Source: Burkholderiales bacterium
GTDB taxonomy: Bacteria > Pseudomonadota > Gammaproteobacteria > Burkholderiales > SG8-41
Length of the DNA: 64,000 nucleotides
Assembly (NCBI GenBank): GCA_036262035.1
Contig: DATAJS010000005.1
Location: 100,110-164,109, forward strand
Reading direction: 5' to 3'
Shown here in pieces: positions 59,907 through 64,000 of the stretch. Every line of letters begins with the position of its first letter. Position 1 is the stretch's first letter. Below the pieces are notes generated by a model. It made no database searches and was not told the DNA's origin. It saw only the letters and a list, made by a program, of their open reading frames with translations. The position numbers and the translations under genes are program-made.

Positions 59907-61647
59907 CGGTGCCGGCGTGCGCCTGCGCCTGCGGCAGGATGTGCTCGGCGTAGAAGCGCGCGGACGCGAGCTTGGCGGTGAGGAATTCGGCGTCGCTCTC
60001 GACGTTGCCCCGCATGGCGTGCGCGCGGGTCGCCGCTTTCATCATCATCCACCCGCCGGCGACCGCGCCGAAGAGCTTCAGATACGGCACCGCGACCGCG
60101 GCCACGGCATTGGGATCGCCGCCGTAGGTGTCCGCGACCCACTTCGTCGCGGCTTCGAGGCTGGCGACCGCCTGGGCGAAGTTCGCGCGCGAAGCGCGGA
60201 AATCGTCGCCGAGATCGCCCAGCGAACGGTCGAGCGCGCGCATCTCGGCGATCACCGCCATCGCCGTCGCACCGCGCTCGAACGCGATCTTGCGGCCGAC
60301 GAGATCGTTGGCCTGGATGCCGGTCGTGCCTTCGTAGATCGTGGTGATGCGCGCATCGCGCAGGTACTGCGCCGCGCCGGTGTCTTCGACGAAACCCATG
60401 CCGCCGTGGACCTGCACCCCGATCGACGCGACCTCCACGCCCTGCTCGGTGCACCAGCCCTTGACGATCGGCGTCAGGAGATCGACCAGCGCCTGGTTGC
60501 GGCGGCGCTCCTGCTCGTCCGGATGCCTGCGCGCGCGGTCGAACGCGGCGCACGCGGTGAACGCGAGCGCGCGCATCGCCTCCACCTGCGACTTCATCGC
60601 GAGGATCATGCGCTTCACGTCCGGGTGATGGATGATCGTCACGCGGTCGCCGCTGCGTTGACCGATCGCCCGGCCCTGCACCCGCGTCTTCGCGTGCTCG
60701 CGCGCGTGCTGGAATGCGCGCTCCGCGAGGCCCACGCCTTCGACGCCCACGCCGAGGCGGGCGTGGTTCATCATCGTGAACATGTACTCCAGCCCGCGGT
60801 TCTCCTCGCCGACGAGCCAGCCGATCGCACCCTTGTCCTCGCCGTACGAGAGCACGCACGTCGGGCTCCCGTGTATGCCCATCTTGCGCTCGATCGACAC
60901 GCATTTGACGTCGTTGCGCTCGCCCGGCGTGCCGTCGGCGTTCGGCAAGAACTTCGGAACGATGAAGAGCGAGATGCCTTTCACGCCTTCGGGCGCGTCA
61001 GGCGTGCGCGCGAGCACGAGGTGCACGATGTTCTTCGACATGTCGTGCTCGCCCCACGTGATGAAGATCTTGGTGCCGCGGATGCGGTAGTGATCGCCTT
61101 CGGGCACCGCCTGCGTGCGCACCGCCGACAGGTCCGAGCCCGCCTGCGGCTCGGTCAGGTTCATCGTGCCGCTCCATTCGCCGGCGGCGAGCTTCGGCAT
61201 GTAGAGCGCGTGCTGCTCGGGCGAGCCGTGGTGCGACAGCGCTTCGAGCACGCCCGAGGTCAGCATGGGCGCCAGGCAGAACGCCATGTTCGCGCTGTTC
61301 CACATCTCCTGCACCGCGACCTGCACGACGTGCGGCAGTCCCTGCCCGCCGTACTCGGGATCGGCAGCGACGCCGTTCCAGCCGGCCTCGATGAACTTCG
61401 CGTACGCCTCGCGGAAACCCTGCGGCGGCGTGACCACGCCTTTCGAGTGCTGCGCGCCGATCTCGTCTCCGACGCGGTTCAGCGGATCGAGCACTTCCTG
61501 CGCGAACCTGCCCGCTTGTGCAAGCACCTCGTCCACGAGCTCAGGGGTGACTTCCTCCCAGCCGGGTAACGCGAGGACTTCGTCGAGCCCTGCGATCTCG
61601 TGCAGGGCGAAGCGCATGTCTTTGAGGGGAGCGGTGTAGGTGGACAT
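59857..61647 (-). CDS. Acyl-CoA dehydrogenase (about 596 aa, with extended C-terminal domain)
   Basis: ATG 61647 (MSTYTAPLKDMRFALHEI). It has the ACAD motifs GTMNLTEPQAGSDL, KIFITWGEHD and TIYEGTTGIQANDLVGRK. Confidence 0.9.
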   Translation of the reverse strand: MSTYTAPLKDMRFALHEIAGLDEVLALPGWEEVTPELVDEVLAQAGRFAQEVLDPLNRVGDEIGAQHSKGVVTPPQGFREAYAKFIEAGWNGVAADPEYGGQGLPHVVQVAVQEMWNSANMAFCLAPMLTSGVLEALSHHGSPEQHALYMPKLAAGEWSGTMNLTEPQAGSDLSAVRTQAVPEGDHYRIRGTKIFITWGEHDMSKNIVHLVLARTPDAPEGVKGISLFIVPKFLPNADGTPGERNDVKCVSIERKMGIHGSPTCVLSYGEDKGAIGWLVGEENRGLEYMFTMMNHARLGVGVEGVGLAERAFQHAREHAKTRVQGRAIGQRSGDRVTIIHHPDVKRMILAMKSQVEAMRALAFTACAAFDRARRHPDEQERRRNQALVDLLTPIVKGWCTEQGVEVASIGVQVHGGMGFVEDTGAAQYLRDARITTIYEGTTGIQANDLVGRKIAFERGATAMAVIAEMRALDRSLGDLGDDFRASRANFAQAVASLEAATKWVADTYGGDPNAVAAVAVPYLKLFGAVAGGWMMMKAATRAHAMRGNVESDAEFLTAKLASARFYAEHILPQAQAHAGTVMNGSASVLALSEEQL

Positions 61648-61663
61648 AGTGCGAATCGAAACC

Positions 61664-61815
61664 GTAGGGTGCGTTAGCGATAGCGTAACGCACCGCGTAC
61701 CACCCCGCACAAAAGAAAACTCCCCGCGCGGTCGCCCGGGCAGGGAGTCTTGAACGGCGCGGTGCGTTATCACGCACCCTACGCGAAACGTCCGTAGGGT
61801 GCGCGCAAGCGCACC
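61664..61815. repeat. Cluster of three REP-like hairpins with GTAGGGTGCG core (forward, reverse, forward)
   Basis: The three copies are 61664-61694 GTAGGGTGCGTTA..TAACGCACC, 61761-61783 GGTGCGttatcaCGCACCCTAC (inverted orientation) and 61794-61815 GTAGGGTGCGCgcaaGCGCACC. Confidence 0.75.
61709..61748 (-). terminator. Rho-independent terminator candidate for etfBA
   Basis: The minus strand reads ACTCCCTGC...GCGGGGAGT (a 9-bp stem including one G-U, with a 12-nt loop) followed by TTTTCTTTTGT. Confidence 0.55.
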
Positions 61816-61825
61816 GCGAAGAGCC

Positions 61826-62758
61826 TCAGGAGCTCGAGAGCTCTTTCGTCAGCTCCGGCACCGCCTTGAAGAGGTCGTCCACCAGCCAGTAGCTCGCGAC
61901 CGAGAAGATCGGCGCTTCGGCGTCCTTGTTGATGGCGACGATCACCTTGCTGTCCTTCATGCCCGCGAGGTGCTGGATCGCGCCCGAGATGCCGACCGCG
62001 ATGTAGAGCTCGGGGGCGACGATCTTGCCGGTCTGCCCCACCTGGTACTCGTTGGGCATGAAGCCCGAATCGACCGCAGCGCGCGAAGCGCCGACTGCCG
62101 CGCCGAGCTTGTCCGCCAGCTCTTCGAGGATCTTGAAGTTCTCGGCGCTGCCCATGCCGCGGCCGCCGGAGACGATGATCTTCGCGGCGGTGAGCTCGGG
62201 ACGCTCGGACTTCGAGAGCTCCGCGCCCTTGTACTGCGAGAGCCCGGTGTCCGGACCGGCCGCGAGGTTCTCGACCGGCGCCGCGGCCTGCTCGCCCGCG
62301 GGATCGAACGCGGTGGCGCGCACCGTGATCACCTTGATCTTGTCGCTCGACTGCACCGTCGCCATCGCGTTGCCGGCGTAGGTCGGACGCACGAAGGTGT
62401 CGGCGCTCTCGACCGCGCTGATGTCCGAGATCTGCTGGACATCCAGCAAGGCAGCGACGCGCGGCGCGATGTTCTTGCCGAACGCCGTCGCGGTCGCGAC
62501 GATGTGCGTGTAGTCGTTCGCGATACCCACCACCAGCGCCGAGATGTTCTCCGCCGCCGAGCCTTCGTACTGCGCCCCTTCGGCGAGCAGCACTTTCTTG
62601 ACGCCCGCGACTTTCGCCGCGGCTTCCGCGGCCGCTTTCGCTTCCTTGCCCGCGACGAGCACCGTCACTTCGCCCAGCTTGGCAGCGGCCGTAAGGGCGT
62701 TCGTCACGCCCGACTTCAGTTGTTTGCCGTCGTGTTCGGCTATGACCAGGACTGCCAT
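61826..62758 (-). CDS. etfA: Electron transfer flavoprotein alpha subunit
   Basis: ATG 62758 ([15 protein letters not shown]) forms a TAATG overlap with the etfB stop. The FAD-binding C-terminus reads [40 protein letters not shown]. Confidence 0.9.
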   Translation of the reverse strand: MAVLVIAEHDGKQLKSGVTNALTAAAKLGEVTVLVAGKEAKAAAEAAAKVAGVKKVLLAEGAQYEGSAAENISALVVGIANDYTHIVATATAFGKNIAPRVAALLDVQQISDISAVESADTFVRPTYAGNAMATVQSSDKIKVITVRATAFDPAGEQAAAPVENLAAGPDTGLSQYKGAELSKSERPELTAAKIIVSGGRGMGSAENFKILEELADKLGAAVGASRAAVDSGFMPNEYQVGQTGKIVAPELYIAVGISGAIQHLAGMKDSKVIVAINKDAEAPIFSVASYWLVDDLFKAVPELTKELSSS

Positions 62759-63510
62759 TAGATGATCCTCGCTTCGTTGCGGAGTTTCTCGACGAGCTCT
62801 TTCACGTCGGCGACCTTGACGCCCGCCTTGCGCGACGGCGGCTCCTGCACTTTCAGGGTCTTCAGACGCGGGGTCACGTCGACGCCGAGCGCGTCGGGCT
62901 TGATCGTCTCGAGCGGCTTCTTCTTCGCCTTCATGATGTTGGGCAGCGTGACGTAACGCGGCTCGTTGAGGCGCAGATCGGTCGTCACCACCGCGGGCAG
63001 CTTGATGTTGAGCTTCTCCAGGCCGCCGTCGATCTCGCGCGTCACGTCGGCATTGTCGCCGTTGACCGTGATGTTCGAGATGAACGTCGCCTGCGGCCAA
63101 CCGGCGAGCGCGGCGATCATCTGGCCGGTCTGGTTGGAATCGTCGTCGATCGCCTGCTTGCCGGTGATGACGAGCTGCGGCTGCTCCTTGTCGATGACCG
63201 CCTTGATCAGCTTGGCCACCGCGAGCGGCTCGACGTCGGCGCGGCCGGCGTCGACCAGGATGCCGCGGTCGGCGCCCATCGCCATCGCGGTGCGCAGGGT
63301 CTCCTGCGACTGCGCCGTGCCGACCGACACGACGACGATCTCCGACACCGTGCCGGCTTCCTTCATGCGCACCGCCTGCTCGACCGCGATCTCGCAGAAG
63401 GGGTTCATCGTCATCTTGATGTTCGCGGTCTCGACGCCCGTGTTGTCCGATTTCACGCGGACCTTCACGTACGGGTCGATCACGCGCTTGACCGTGACCA
63501 GGACTTTCAT
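62758..63510 (-). CDS. etfB: Electron transfer flavoprotein beta subunit
   Basis: ATG 63510 gives [36 protein letters not shown] and [16 protein letters not shown]. Confidence 0.9.
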   Translation of the reverse strand: MKVLVTVKRVIDPYVKVRVKSDNTGVETANIKMTMNPFCEIAVEQAVRMKEAGTVSEIVVVSVGTAQSQETLRTAMAMGADRGILVDAGRADVEPLAVAKLIKAVIDKEQPQLVITGKQAIDDDSNQTGQMIAALAGWPQATFISNITVNGDNADVTREIDGGLEKLNIKLPAVVTTDLRLNEPRYVTLPNIMKAKKKPLETIKPDALGVDVTPRLKTLKVQEPPSRKAGVKVADVKELVEKLRNEARII

Positions 63511-63605
63511 CGGTTTACCTCGTGAATTGCTGGGGGAGAAATGCGGGAAAGCTGCCGATTTTACCCGATCGAGCGCCTCCGTGAACGGAGCCGCCCGATC
63601 GCCTT

Positions 63606-64000
63606 TCAGAGCGGCTTGTTCAGCCAGCGCGCGAGCTCGCCCACGATGCCGCGGCGGAACGCGAGCACGCAGACGATGAAGATCAGGCCCTGGGCGATGC
63701 TCACCCACTGGCCGAGCTGCGCGAGATAGTTCTCCATGGCGAGCACCGCGAGCGCACCGACGACCGGCCCGAATACCGTGCCCAGTCCCCCGACGAGCGT
63801 CATCAGCACCACCTCGCCCGACATCGTCCAGTGCACCGCGTTGAGCGCGGCGAGCTGGAACACGAGCGCGTTGGTCGCGCCCGCGAGCCCCGCGAGCGCG
63901 GCCGACAGCACGAACGCGAGCAGCTTGTAGCGGTCGGCGTCGTAACCGAGCGAGATCGCCCGCGACTCGTTCTCGCGTATCGCTTTCAGCACCTGCCCGA
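63606..64000 (-). CDS. Branched-chain amino acid ABC transporter permease (LivM-like), C-terminal part; 5' end beyond the window
   Basis: It contains [38 protein letters not shown] and [15 protein letters not shown], a typical LivM C-terminal pattern. The frame is open to the window edge. Confidence 0.8.
   Translation of the reverse strand, partial: GQVLKAIRENESRAISLGYDADRYKLLAFVLSAALAGLAGATNALVFQLAALNAVHWTMSGEVVLMTLVGGLGTVFGPVVGALAVLAMENYLAQLGQWVSIAQGLIFIVCVLAFRRGIVGELARWLNKPL

Overview
High-GC (roughly two-thirds G+C by eye, not computed) proteobacterial chromosome segment. Gene content and synteny look beta-/gammaproteobacterial: an mltD-gloB-yafS-like-rnhA-dnaQ block, yejABEF-fabI, and ppiD-tRNAs-lon-clpX-clpP-tig-tRNA-Leu. 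I call 49 protein genes (two cut by the window edges), 3 tRNAs and a set of repeat and regulatory elements. Layout: (1) 1-12.8 kb is one tightly coupled minus-strand operon: KpsD/Wza-like exporter, Wzz-type co-polymerase, pseB, pseC, aldo-keto reductase, a cytidylyltransferase::class-III aminotransferase fusion, SAM methyltransferase, PseH-like GNAT, an SDR::ATP-grasp fusion and a HAD hydrolase. (2) 12.9-20.8 kb is the dnaQ/rnhA/gloB/mltD housekeeping block, interrupted by a di-iron fatty-acid hydroxylase and a nucleotide-sugar dehydrogenase, followed by an orphan rfbA. (3) 20.8-34.7 kb holds an aldolase::SDR fusion, two tandem peptide-type ABC importers (the second is yejABEF) and fabI. (4) 34.7-43.2 kb is the ppiD, tRNA-Asp, tRNA-Val, lon, clpX, clpP, tig, tRNA-Leu block. 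(5) 43.4-63.5 kb is a lipid/beta-oxidation neighbourhood: squalene-synthase-like protein, SDR, PrpF-family isomerase, ETF-QO, GT61-like protein, thiolase, FadB-like, FadL, thioesterase, acyl-CoA ligase, FadE, a second ACAD and etfBA. (6) A LivM-like permease fragment sits at the right edge. I saw no CRISPR array, transposase, integrase, phage gene or recognisable defence or toxin-antitoxin module. The best candidates for something new are the nonulosonic-acid locus with its two unusual fusion enzymes, four families of intergenic hairpin repeats (one built from tandem heptads), and a structured, low-GC 235-nt spacer between two tRNAs. Many very long ORFs in the track are antisense or alternate-frame artefacts of high GC and were rejected. 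All similarity statements come from reading the translations by eye and from memory of protein families; no database search or computation was possible.
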